A stretch of DNA of 63,430 nucleotides, the filler included, from Octopus bimaculoides (Eukaryota): the NCBI RefSeq assembly GCF_001194135.2. It is 6 parts of 6 records of this genome, joined end to end, with 100 filler letters (N's around TTAATTAATTAA, not from the genome) between each part and the next. Parts side by side here need not be neighbours in the genome. Positions count along the whole stretch, not along the records: positions 62,155 to 63,430 come from NC_068981.1; 5 more parts are not named here. One strand, written 5' to 3'. Below, piece by piece: positions 63,101 to 63,430 of this stretch; the stretch's first letter is position 1; every line of letters starts with the position of its first letter. Both the position numbers and the translations under genes were made by a program. The notes under the pieces were generated by a model. It was not told the origin of the DNA, did no database searches, and saw nothing but the letters and a program-made list of their open reading frames with translations.

Positions 63101-63430
63101 AAGACGAAATAACTACTCCTGCAATATGGGAAGACGTTTTCCGAGCGTATTTGCGTACAGAAAGAAGTTTTCTCTGTGAAAAAATATTGTGAATGGCTTA
63201 CTTACAGCTTCTAATATGTCCTAAGTATATTTGAAATTGCAACAGGTATATACTAATTCAGGTGTCCTGCTGTGTTTGGTACGATTGTTCAATGAGTAAC
63301 TGGTGTACTGCGTTGGCTTCCAAAGATTCAGCGCGTTAGTCTAAGTGTGGCCCGACAAAAGAACAGCATTGTCATTCTGTACTGGTTTTAGATTACGTGT
63401 TTCGAAAAACACATTTTTCGAACCTATATA

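Overview
AT-rich, microsatellite-saturated eukaryotic scaffold with many N gaps. Repeat content and SINE style suggest an animal, probably a coleoid cephalopod such as Octopus (inference only). No intact host gene is supported, and nearly all ORF-track entries are microsatellite or N artefacts. The window is mostly decayed transposons: one near-full-length but disabled R4/Dong-type (RT plus restriction-like endonuclease) non-LTR retrotransposon and about 10 more fragments from several lineages, three tRNA-derived SINE families, Penelope-like, mariner, Tigger/pogo, hAT, piggyBac-like and Helitron remnants. Main observations: (1) an apparently intact type I hammerhead ribozyme at 4022-4093 whose predicted cleavage site coincides with the start of a ~155-bp inverted repeat, suggesting a retrozyme or Penelope-like unit; (2) co-oriented stacks of different R4/Dong 3' ends, plus an orphan non-coding element, separated by (AAT)n tracts, consistent with microsatellite targeting; (3) a Penelope GIY-YIG ORF end fused to a tRNA-like Pol III module in two independent copies; (4) nested and tandem MITEs. 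All alignments and translations were done by eye.
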